Assembly (NCBI GenBank): GCA_039794085.1
Contig: JBDIWC010000045.1
Coordinates: forward strand, 1 to 30,194
DNA length: 30,194 bases
Reading direction: 5' to 3'
Origin: Gemmatimonadales bacterium
Lineage (GTDB): Bacteria > Gemmatimonadota > Gemmatimonadetes > Gemmatimonadales > GWC2-71-9
This document shows positions 7,107 to 14,225 of this stretch, in pieces; the first letter of the stretch is position 1; every line of letters starts with the position of its first letter. The notes below the pieces were generated by a model. It saw only the letters and a program-made list of their open reading frames with translations, was not told the origin of the DNA and ran no database searches. A program made the translations under genes and the position numbers.

Positions 7107-7895
7107 ATGGAGGACGCGGGAGAGAGGCCGGCACGGAGCGGCCTTCACTGGATCCGCTGGTCAAAGGGAAAGTGGCATGCCTGGCCCTACGGGGGGAGAC
7201 GGAGCCTGTGCGGTGGGCGGGCGTATGCTGACCTCCTCTCCTCCCCTGTACATGCGGTGGAGACGAGCCTGTCCCCTTTCGCGGCGAGGGAGGCCTGTGC
7301 GAGATGTCTCCGGCTTACCGGCCCCGAGCAGAGGGAGGATCGAAGCTCGGCTTCGAAGGGGACATACGCGGAGGAATGGCGAGGGGTTCTGACGGCCCGA
7401 GCGCGGGGGCGGCGGGTGGTTGGTGCGAAGGAAAACCTCGACCTCCTTGCCTCCCGTCTGGCTGAGGTCGGATCCCCCTCTCAGGAGTACCCGCGCAATG
7501 TCGGTGAGAACGTGATCCTTGTTGTCGCGGTCCCGCTCCGCGACAGAACCCTCACCCTGTTCCCGTACGTGAAGGCCGTAGTGGCCCTCCTCCCGGGTCG
7601 AGAATCCCTCGTGCATGTGGCGCGAGCGGTGGAGAGGTGGAGGGAGATAACCGGACGTGACCCCCGGTCAGAACGCTTCCGGCCAGACACGGTCATCTCC
7701 ACAATGCTCCAAGTACCGACCCCTGAGCCCTATGTCCGACATCTCCATTCGAAAGGTTGGAGTAGTCTGGCGCAGATGTGGCACCCCAACACGTTGGAAG
7801 CGGCCAAGAAAGATCCTCATTTGCGCGGAACGTTTGGAGGCACCCCTGACTACTGGGCACGAACCCAAAATGATCTGGTCATCGTGCGAGAGTAA
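7107..7895 (+). CDS. Hypothetical protein with paralogous N-terminal H-C-CxxC motif
   Basis: GGAGGGAG RBS; WIRW..GKWH-x10-C-x28-CARC. Confidence 0.7.
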   Translation: MEDAGERPARSGLHWIRWSKGKWHAWPYGGRRSLCGGRAYADLLSSPVHAVETSLSPFAAREACARCLRLTGPEQREDRSSASKGTYAEEWRGVLTARARGRRVVGAKENLDLLASRLAEVGSPSQEYPRNVGENVILVVAVPLRDRTLTLFPYVKAVVALLPGRESLVHVARAVERWREITGRDPRSERFRPDTVISTMLQVPTPEPYVRHLHSKGWSSLAQMWHPNTLEAAKKDPHLRGTFGGTPDYWARTQNDLVIVRE

Positions 7896-7942
7896 GGAAA
7901 CGGGAGGAGGGAATGGCGTGGTCGTTTGTTGGAGTAAAGGGC

Positions 7943-8060
7943 TGATGGGTGACGTGAAGGGTGGTGTGTGAAGGCACAGACTAGACCATCACACAGCACA
8001 AGCACTAACTTAAAACAGACAGCGCCGGTGTGAAGGCCTATGGATCTCTCGTGATGGGTG
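7943..8060. repeat. Cluster of (G)TGAWGG repeats in direct and inverted orientation
   Basis: Copies at 7943, 7954, 7966, 7986 (inverted CCATCACAC), 8028 and 8051, around an A-rich spacer. Confidence 0.7.
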
Positions 8061-8214
8061 GAGCGAAGTCAAGAGAGAGCAAGGAGATAGGCGGCCACCT
8101 AATGATTAGAAATCTCTAGGTGATCGGTTGGGGGCGGGGTTGTACGGGGGTAGGAAAAGCACCGGGTAGACCCCAGTTCCGGTGGGCAAGCAGTCAAAGC
8201 AGGAGGTAGATGTA

Positions 8215-8673
8215 ATGGAGAACGCAACAGAAAGCGAAGGGTCCGCCCCGGCCACGCTCTCGGAGGAGGAGAGACCGGACCAGTGCCGGGCGATCGTGGA
8301 CGGGCGCCCCTGCGGAGTACCGGCGACCTGGGTCAAGGATGGATGGTGCTTTGCCCATAACCCGGCGCTGGAGGCCGAGAGGCGGGCCGCGAATCTGCGG
8401 GGCGGGATGACGACGGCTCGACTCCTCCGGAAGAGGCGGGGACTGGAGGAGGGGGAACTGGGAGCGTTGCAGACCCCGGAGGATGCGCAGCGTTGGTGCA
8501 TGATCGCAGCCACGGCGGTCGCCACGGGTCGGATGTCTGCCTCGGCGGCGAGTGCCTTGCGGGGACTGGTGACCTCATGGCTGCGGTCGCGGGATCTCCA
8601 CGTACGAGAGACCCGCCTCTTGGCCCTAGAGAAGCGGGTCGCCGAGTTGAACGGAGGAGGATACCGACCATGA
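8215..8673 (+). CDS. CCCH zinc-ribbon plus helical protein, small-terminase-like (inferred)
   Basis: AGGAGG RBS; C-x8-C-x11-C-x2-H(NP); C-terminal 'LQTPEDA...AVATGRMS...ETRLLALEKRV'. Confidence 0.6.
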   Translation: MENATESEGSAPATLSEEERPDQCRAIVDGRPCGVPATWVKDGWCFAHNPALEAERRAANLRGGMTTARLLRKRRGLEEGELGALQTPEDAQRWCMIAATAVATGRMSASAASALRGLVTSWLRSRDLHVRETRLLALEKRVAELNGGGYRP

Positions 8674-8936
8674 ACAAAGAGCTTCCCGAGGACCTCGTCC
8701 CCGGATGGGGGATGTTGGAGCGGGCCGTGGCGGCGGTCGGAGACAACGACCAGAGAACGGGATTCGAGCACCTCACGGATGCCGAGTTGATGCGTCGTCT
8801 GGCCGAACTTGACCCCGACTCTCCCCCCTCGACGTGGAGCGTTCTGCCTCCCCTCGCGAGTCTGTCGGACGATGAACTCTTGCACGAGCTACACGCGTTG
8901 GACGATTCACACCCCCACAGGAGTAGACCCCAATGA
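8670..8936 (+). CDS. Hypothetical protein with duplicated L(T/S)DxEL helix motif
   Basis: GGAGGAGG RBS and ATGA overlap with the upstream gene; 'LTDAELMRRL' and 'LSDDELLHEL'. Confidence 0.7.
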   Translation: MNKELPEDLVPGWGMLERAVAAVGDNDQRTGFEHLTDAELMRRLAELDPDSPPSTWSVLPPLASLSDDELLHELHALDDSHPHRSRPQ

Positions 8937-9310
8937 AGTACGCCGAACCTCTGTCCCCGGACCTACTGACCAAGGCGGAACTGATGCGAACCGTGCAGGA
9001 TCTGACGGGAGCAGTCAACGCCGCCGCCGATTCGTCAAGGCCGATGAGTGTGCGAGACGCCGCCCGCCGGACGGCGCTCGACTGCCGGGCCCGTCTCGAC
9101 CGCGACAACGCCGTCCGAGAGCGGTTGCCGGAACCCTCCGCCGTCCGGGTCGCAGAGATGGGCCCGTGCGGATGCCGTCCTCGACACGCAACGCCGGCGG
9201 AGCAGCAGGCCTTGAGTGCACAGATCAAGGACCTGAGGAGGGATGTCGAGGTGATCCAGCAGCAGGCGGCGGCGCTTCTGGCCCGCTTCACTCCGGCGGG
9301 CCAGCACTAA
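8933..9310 (+). CDS. Hypothetical helical/coiled-coil protein
   Basis: AGGAG RBS and ATGA overlap; C-terminal heptads 'LSAQIKDLRRDVEVIQQQ'. Confidence 0.7.
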   Translation: MKYAEPLSPDLLTKAELMRTVQDLTGAVNAAADSSRPMSVRDAARRTALDCRARLDRDNAVRERLPEPSAVRVAEMGPCGCRPRHATPAEQQALSAQIKDLRRDVEVIQQQAAALLARFTPAGQH

Positions 9311-9438
9311 CGGGTGGGTGGGGATCCGGTGCGTGCGGTGGGTTTACGGCCCCCGCATGCCGTAAGTGGGGACCTAATCCAGCCCCGGCCGGTGACCCAC
9401 CCCCTTCTCCTTCATGGGAGCAGAAAGGAAGTCCCCAA

Positions 9439-10191
9439 ATGACCGACGAGACAGCGGCCACGGTCGCGGAGCTTGACGCGGAACTGGCGGAGGCCCGGGC
9501 AGGATTGGCCGCCGCCGAGAAGGAGAGGGAAGCCGCCTCGCGTGCGGCCCGCGAGAACCCCCAGGACGAGGACACCATCACGCGGGTGACCAAGGCCACC
9601 TACCGCCTCGACGCCTTTCGGGGCCGGGTAGCGGATCTGGAGGTGGAGCGGGAGGAGGCCGGACGGGCGGACCGACGGGCGCGAGCGGTCGAGCGGCTCT
9701 CGAAGGGAATCCCCCGGGCGCACGGGTCGCTGATGAACGAGTACCAGAAGGACATGGAGCGCGTCGTGTCGTCTGTGCAGGCCTTGAAGAAGGCGGTCGA
9801 CCGCATCAATAGCCGCTACGGGGTGCTGGACCTCCTTCGGCTGGAGGCTGAGGCCGTGGCCGACCGTTTCGAGCTTCCTCGGCTCCCGCTGCCCCTCGTC
9901 CTCCCCCCTTCGAGGCTCCCTCACGCCAAGGAGGTCGTCGAGGAGATGGCCCGTATAGTGCTGACCGAGCGGTCCTATCCGACGGCCCGCGAAATCGGGC
10001 GACGGGTCCGGGGGACACCGGGCGGGCAGTTGATTTACGAGGCGGGACCGATCGAGGCCGAACGCCGGGCGACGGAGGCGAAGGTCGCCAAAGCCGAGCA
10101 GGATCGCCGCGAGGCCGAAGCCACGATGGCCCCGCTGGCCGGCGCCTTCAAGGCGGCGAACGCACCGACCCGCCACGGCCTTGGGTTCTGA
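9439..10191 (+). CDS. Long coiled-coil hypothetical protein (250 aa)
   Basis: AAAGGAAG RBS; Ala/Glu/Arg-rich heptads throughout. Confidence 0.75.
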   Translation: MTDETAATVAELDAELAEARAGLAAAEKEREAASRAARENPQDEDTITRVTKATYRLDAFRGRVADLEVEREEAGRADRRARAVERLSKGIPRAHGSLMNEYQKDMERVVSSVQALKKAVDRINSRYGVLDLLRLEAEAVADRFELPRLPLPLVLPPSRLPHAKEVVEEMARIVLTERSYPTAREIGRRVRGTPGGQLIYEAGPIEAERRATEAKVAKAEQDRREAEATMAPLAGAFKAANAPTRHGLGF

Positions 10192-10205
10192 CCGAAAATG
10201 ACGCT

Positions 10206-10979
10206 GTGATCGGCTTCAAGTTCCTCTTCCCCCACGCTTCGCTTCTCTGGCGTAGCGTATGCCAAGGGGAGGTCTTCCCCGCGCCAGGGCTCGGGGAGAG
10301 CGCGGGAGCGTGGGTAGTGTGCGCGGGCGACCTCAAGCCCGGCCACAACGGCCTCCACATCCTCGACGGCCCGGCGGGGGTGCTGTGGTTCCTCAAGAGT
10401 TACGGCGGGGCGGTCGGTTGCGGCGGGATGTGGAGCGTCGAGGGCGACGGCGCAGAAAAGGCGGAGCACGATCCCGTTCTTGTGGCTCGCCGGGTACGGC
10501 TCCTGCGGCCCGTGTCGTGGAATTGCCGCGCGATGGCCGCCGAGGTCGCCGCCCTTGCGCTTCCGCTATGGGACCAGTTTGCTCCCGGAGATCCCCGCCC
10601 TCGTATGGCAGTCGAGGCAGCGTGGTCCTTTGCCCAGGGCGCGGTCACGGAGCGGGTCTTGGCCCTCGCGTCCGCCGATGCGGAACGCGCGACCTACGGC
10701 CCGCTCGGGGGGATCGGGACCTCCGGGCCCGAGCCCTCTGGAGAGCCGCCCCTCCTGCGCCTGCGGGCGCGGTGGGCTGCGCTGGCGGCGAGCCGATGCG
10801 CGAGTGCGGAGGCCGGGCTCGAACCCCGCGCCGATGACCCGCCGGTCGCCCCCAACGCCTATCCGCGTCCCCTCGGGCCCGCGCCCTTCGGCCTCCTCCA
10901 GCGCACGATCATTGCGGCACTGGATGCCGGTGTGGAGGAGGAGGCGATAAGCGCCGCCCTCGCGCCGTACATGGGGTAG
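10206..10979 (+). CDS. Phage-type N-terminal domain fused to an Imm5-like domain
   Basis: N-terminal 'GDLKPGHNGLH...VLVARRVRLLR'; then 'AAEVAALALPLWDQFAPGDPRPRMAVEAAWSFAQG', matching the Imm5-like D.RPR.A..AA motif. Confidence 0.6.
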   Translation: MIGFKFLFPHASLLWRSVCQGEVFPAPGLGESAGAWVVCAGDLKPGHNGLHILDGPAGVLWFLKSYGGAVGCGGMWSVEGDGAEKAEHDPVLVARRVRLLRPVSWNCRAMAAEVAALALPLWDQFAPGDPRPRMAVEAAWSFAQGAVTERVLALASADAERATYGPLGGIGTSGPEPSGEPPLLRLRARWAALAASRCASAEAGLEPRADDPPVAPNAYPRPLGPAPFGLLQRTIIAALDAGVEEEAISAALAPYMG

Positions 10980-11208
10980 TTCACGTTCAGTTCAAGGTTC
11001 TGTCCTACCGTAGTGGCACGATGTTTACCCTTGACGAACTCCGCGAGGCTGAGGCCTGGGCCCGAGCGTGGTCCCGGGTTCGGGAGTTCGTGGATCCCGC
11101 TGGGACCTGCTGCTGCCGCAGGCTTGCCAGATCAGGGTGCGAGCGGTACTCTCTTCGGGGGGTTGGGAGAGGCACGGGGAGACTGACGAACAACTTTAGG
11201 GTAACTGT

Positions 11209-11595
11209 ATGAATGCGGGAACTCCAACGCATCCCATAAACTGGAAGCGTGGCTTGCACCGGGTTTTTGCGGTGCTTTGGGTCATATGGGGGTTGTTTCT
11301 GTTCGGGTGGCTTCCTCTACAGCAGATCCACCGGGCGCAGCGATTCGCGCAAGAGATGTATGCTCGTGATCTGGATGCGATACCAAGCAATGAGCGAGAA
11401 AGGGCCGAGTGGAAGGCTCGTCAAGATGAGCGGCGGGCTCGGGCATCGTGGTCCCACGTTTATAAGTCAGAAGTCATTCCAAACATCTGGCTGTTCTTGG
11501 CCGCCGCTGTGTTCGTCCCAATTATCGCGTATGCACTGGTGCGTGGAGTGCTAGTTATCGTGGGTTGGCTATTTCGTGGATTCACTACACCCTAA
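11209..11595 (+). CDS. Two-TM membrane protein (cargo)
   Basis: 'NWKRGLHRVFAVLWVIW...' plus a C-terminal TM ending 'WLFRGF'; visibly lower GC. Confidence 0.75.
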   Translation: MNAGTPTHPINWKRGLHRVFAVLWVIWGLFLFGWLPLQQIHRAQRFAQEMYARDLDAIPSNERERAEWKARQDERRARASWSHVYKSEVIPNIWLFLAAAVFVPIIAYALVRGVLVIVGWLFRGFTTP

Positions 11596-11678
11596 CCGCG
11601 CGTTCGCGAGTGACGCCCCGGGCGTCCTGACGCACTTCGTCCTTGTGCGCCGCTTAGCGCAGCGTGTCGCGGCGGCTC

Positions 11679-12128
11679 GTGCCTGAACTGGCGACACAAG
11701 TCCTAGCGGGGTGGGGCGCCGCCCTTTCCACCGCACTCGCTGCCCTCCAGTTTCACTCCTGGTGGCGCGATCGCTTTCGCATCGAGGTCTCCTACCAGTT
11801 CACGGGGTGCGACGACATCGGGAACCAGATATACATCCGGAACCTTTCAGCTACACCACTGATCCTCACATACTGGGAACTCCAATGGCGATCCGGATGG
11901 CCGCTTCTCACTTCAGTATCGCGAACCCATCAACCAGACGCACACGATCATTCCGATGTACGTATCGAAGCACGATCTACGCACATTTTGTCATTCGTAG
12001 GGCCTGATTATTTCGATTGCGGGGTTGGGGCGTCGAAAGGCGACACAATCTACATCGAGCTCCGCTTTGCTGGTCGCCGCTCGATTGTCCGCAAGAAGGT
12101 CTACAGCCCGCGAGACCGCATGCTATGA
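11679..12128 (+). CDS. Hypothetical protein with N-terminal TM anchor (cargo)
   Basis: 'LAGWGAALSTALAALQF..W.RDRFRIEV' followed by a beta-rich domain; start uncertain (GTG at 11664 or 11679), no clear RBS. Confidence 0.6.
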   Translation: MPELATQVLAGWGAALSTALAALQFHSWWRDRFRIEVSYQFTGCDDIGNQIYIRNLSATPLILTYWELQWRSGWPLLTSVSRTHQPDAHDHSDVRIEARSTHILSFVGPDYFDCGVGASKGDTIYIELRFAGRRSIVRKKVYSPRDRML

Positions 12129-12137
12129 AACAAGGGA

Positions 12138-12177
12138 GGCCCATAGGGTTGGTAACAGCCCTATGGGTCCTGCTTTT
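12138..12177 (+). terminator. Strong hairpin / possible terminator
   Basis: GGCCCATAGGGTTG-GTAA-CAGCCCTATGGGTC followed by CTGCTTTT. Confidence 0.55.
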
Positions 12178-12195
12178 CCTTCACGGAGGTTGAGT

Positions 12196-12465
12196 ATGAT
12201 TGATGATGAGAAGTGGCCGAGAGTGAACGAGAAGGCGCGATGGGAGAAGGACGGTGAGTATGTTGCCGTTGCGGGGGCCGTGGATGCCGATCGTGGGTCC
12301 GTCTACATTGTCGAATCAAGCGTGGCCCCAAGGCTGCCGTACGCGATACGGTCCCTCAAGACGGACGGTCACGACGAGGATGCGCTTGCCTCTCTCGTCA
12401 AACGGGTTGGGGCGTGGGCCTTGGAAAACGGGTTTGCTTGTGTCGACCTTGGGGGAGCGCGATGA
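12196..12465 (+). CDS. Hypothetical protein (89 aa)
   Basis: GGAGGT RBS; stop codon overlaps the next ATG. Confidence 0.7.
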   Translation: MIDDEKWPRVNEKARWEKDGEYVAVAGAVDADRGSVYIVESSVAPRLPYAIRSLKTDGHDEDALASLVKRVGAWALENGFACVDLGGAR

Positions 12466-12944
12466 CCTCCCCGGTTGAACCAGACAATGGTGAGGACGAG
12501 CGCCAGTACGAAGTAGTCGTCCAACAGATCGAACACCTTGTCGCCGTCGAATACGAGAGATCCTCGGCGTACACCAACTTGGTCATGGCGGTTGGATACG
12601 CAGGGGTCTTCGGCATCTGGTCCTTCGTTAAAGACGACCTGGACCCCCGTAGCTCTTTGCTGGTGGCGCTCCTTTTCCTCATCTCGCTTGCCGCGTTCAT
12701 CTTCAATGAAGTGTTCCAGGGCTACAACCGTGAGAAGGCTAATCGAAAGGTTGCCAAGCTGACCCAACAGGGGTCGACCATTGACGAGCTAATCAATAGT
12801 TACAAGCGTATCGCGGATGAACGGGCGGTCAAGGCCGCTCTGGTATGGCCGTGGGCATGGTCGGTGGCCACAGGTGCGGGTCTCCTGTCGGTCGCCGTCC
12901 TCCTCTTTGAAATCGGTTCACAACTGGTGAACGCGCTCCGGTAG
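12462..12944 (+). CDS. Three-TM membrane protein (cargo)
   Basis: GGAG RBS and ATGA overlap; 'SAYTNLVMAVGYAGVFGIW' plus two further hydrophobic segments. Confidence 0.75.
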   Translation: MTSPVEPDNGEDERQYEVVVQQIEHLVAVEYERSSAYTNLVMAVGYAGVFGIWSFVKDDLDPRSSLLVALLFLISLAAFIFNEVFQGYNREKANRKVAKLTQQGSTIDELINSYKRIADERAVKAALVWPWAWSVATGAGLLSVAVLLFEIGSQLVNALR

Positions 12945-13062
12945 GGCGCCGGGACGCAAACGTAGTGGAACGGGGTGGGTCGTGTCTTGTGGTGACGTGT
13001 AAGGTCGAGGTCTTAGTTAGTCGTGTCCTCTTCTACTTGCTGATCCACCTGCTGTAGGAGTG

Positions 13063-13094
13063 AACCCGTAGAGTTCTTATGCTCTACGGGTTTT
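13063..13094 (+). terminator. Hairpin, probable terminator after the cargo genes
   Basis: AACCCGTAGAG-N8-CTCTACGGGTT, running into TTTT. Confidence 0.6.
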
Positions 13095-13261
13095 CCTGTT
13101 CCGCGGGTAGCGGTGTAGCATCTAGAGGCCCTGTAGCGACGCCGAGAGGCCGCCTCTCCCTTCCGAACGCGTTCCCTCCTTCCTCCTCCCTCTCTGGCCC
13201 CCAATCAGCGCTTCTACCCCAAGGGTGGACTCGCACGTAACCCCACCATCCCCAAAAACCC

Positions 13262-13290
13262 TTGACCTTTATATGTAGCAAGAGTAGGTT
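13262..13290 (+). promoter_or_regulatory. Sigma70-type promoter of the small-gene/integrase operon
   Basis: TTGACC-N17-TAGGTT preceded by an A-tract. Confidence 0.65.
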
Positions 13291-13337
13291 AGGGGTAGGT
13301 TAAGACTGAACCTGAACCCTGAAACCGGAGCCCCCAA

Positions 13338-13607
13338 ATGACCACACCCGCTCTCCTCCACGAATTAGAAAGACTGGGGTTCCTCATTCACGAGTATGGG
13401 GAAGAAGTCCCCGGTTGGATAGCCCTCTCCTTTTCCTACAACCGATTCCTCCGGTACAACACCGCGCTGGCTCTCCAGATCCTGGAGAAGTACCCCGACG
13501 GATACGCGACCACCAAAACCCGCAAAACCGAAGTACGCCGTGCCTTGGAACCCGCTATGGAACAGCCGGGAAAGTTCTACACCGCCCGCGCTACCACCAC
13601 CTTCTAG
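13338..13607 (+). CDS. Hypothetical protein (89 aa)
   Basis: GGAG RBS, directly downstream of a promoter. Confidence 0.7.
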   Translation: MTTPALLHELERLGFLIHEYGEEVPGWIALSFSYNRFLRYNTALALQILEKYPDGYATTKTRKTEVRRALEPAMEQPGKFYTARATTTF

Positions 13608-13621
13608 CAGAAAGGGACACA

Positions 13622-13840
13622 ATGAACTCCTCCTCTCCCTCCCTCCTCGAAAACTGGGCCATCGTGTCCGAAATCGAGGAAGGGTTCGCGGTCGGGAACG
13701 GGGATACGCTGGTGATTCTGTATCCGGATGGCGATGTGGAAGTCTCGTCAGAGGATGGCGCCATCTCTCGGTTGCCTTTCCAAGAACTCGTCCTCGTCCT
13801 CAACTGGCTGGCCCTCCACCGGCTACCGCCGAAGGCGTAA
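13622..13840 (+). CDS. Acidic hypothetical protein (72 aa)
   Basis: AAAGGGA RBS, operonic spacing. Confidence 0.65.
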   Translation: MNSSSPSLLENWAIVSEIEEGFAVGNGDTLVILYPDGDVEVSSEDGAISRLPFQELVLVLNWLALHRLPPKA

Positions 13841-13865
13841 CCCCCGGACACAAAGGAGATCACCG

Positions 13866-14159
13866 ATGACCATCACTACCCGCAGCGCCGTCCCCTTCCC
13901 GCTGGGACGCCTTCTGGCCACTCCGGGCGCTCTGGCGGCCCTGTCGGAGGCGGGGCAGACCCCGCTCGCCTACCTCCAGCGCCATGCGGCGGGGGACTGG
14001 GGCGACCTGGGGGCAGAGGATCGGCGGGCCAACGAGGATGCCCTTCGGAGCGGGGCCCGCCTGTTCAGTGCCTACCGCATTTCCCCGGACATCCGCCTCT
14101 GGATCATCACCGAGGCCGGGCGGTCCGCGACGACGGTCCTACTCCCCGAGGAGTACTAG
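13866..14159 (+). CDS. Conserved plasmid/ICE-associated small protein (HxxGDWG...TTxLLPEEY family)
   Basis: 'FPLGRLLATPGAL...RHAAGDWGDL..ED..AN..AL..G.RLFSAY...LWIITE..RSATTVLLPEEY'; AAGGAG RBS. Confidence 0.85.
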   Translation: MTITTRSAVPFPLGRLLATPGALAALSEAGQTPLAYLQRHAAGDWGDLGAEDRRANEDALRSGARLFSAYRISPDIRLWIITEAGRSATTVLLPEEY

Positions 14160-14225
14160 AAAAGCCCCCGGCACCTCGATAGACGTGTTCGATCATACAT
14201 ATAAGGGGAAAGGAGACTCCAAACG

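Noticed and set aside
8809..9438. N-terminal extension of the 460-aa ORF
   Set aside because: It overlaps two better-supported coupled ORFs and a structured gap; the RBS supports the ATG at 9439.
10987..10999. 13-bp inverted match to 20781-20793 and nearby GTTC/GAAC repeats as a LexA-like box
   Set aside because: Spacing is inconsistent (N8 versus N7), the host LexA motif is unknown, and a match of this length can arise by chance.
11021..11212. 63-aa ORF MFTLDELREAEAW...
   Set aside because: No clear RBS or motif; it may be a real or remnant gene but cannot be supported.
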